DNA of 64,000 bases from contig NW_024704743.1 of the NCBI RefSeq assembly GCF_018977255.1, positions 89,592,001 through 89,656,000 on the forward strand. The letters run 5' to 3'. Of the stretch, positions 63,550-64,000 are shown in pieces. Each line of letters starts with the position of its first letter. Position 1 is the stretch's first letter. Under the pieces are notes generated by a model. The model did not search any database, had not been told where the DNA came from, and saw nothing but the letters and a program-made list of their open reading frames with translations. Origin of the DNA: Callorhinchus milii (lineage: Eukaryota). The position numbers were made by a program, and so were the translations under genes.

Positions 63550-64000
63550 CTGAAATGATAAAAGTAAGTTAATAGCAATTAAAATGTCCGAAGTAACAGA
63601 TAATATTTGCATTATAATTAGTAATAGTCCCAGTCCAGTTCACTCACTGAGCAAGCAGGTGTGAATTGGAAAAAACAATAAATACAACTGCACTTTTCAT
63701 TCCAGGATATACGCAGTTCAGCAGCAGTTTAATGAAAAAGCTACATTAGATGACAATTGGGTTATGACTGACCTGGGAATACTGTCACTGGGCTACTTCC
63801 ATTGAATCACTCGAGAGTGATTAGCCAGTTTTCTCTTAGTTTCAAAATCTCCCAATAGCTCAGGTTGAATTACTCTAATGGGCAACAAAAAATTGCCTTC
63901 ACTAGAAACTCAATGCTTAACCAGGCAACATTATATCTATTAATATGAGTGGAAACAGCCTGCGCTGCAGTGCAACTGGCTCTTAACATTAAACAATTAA

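Overview
Vertebrate genomic DNA, AT-rich and dense in repeats. The repeat set (DeuSINE-type SINEs, L2, CR1 and a Penelope-derived palindrome) suggests a cartilaginous fish; this is an inference. The window holds two tandem copine-3-like (CPNE3) genes on the minus strand. Copy A is complete: 15 coding exons at 39005->15906, 1596 nt / 531 aa, with a probable non-coding first exon and CpG-island promoter at ~42960-43130. Copy B shows coding exons 6-15 (63549->49722) and continues beyond the right edge. The two copies are a mosaic: near-identical including introns over ~4.4 kb (coding exons 7-10), but ~18-19% divergent in exons 11-12, which points to an old duplication with repeated gene conversion. 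Between the genes is a long LTR followed by a tRNA-Arg primer-binding site. Other observations are a Penelope-type minimal hammerhead ribozyme relic with a target-site duplication, a tRNA/CORE-like/Deu/L2-tail composite SINE, intronic hairpins, and a candidate first coding exon of a further minus-strand gene at ~6125-6221. All alignments and mismatch counts were done by eye, and repeat boundaries are approximate.
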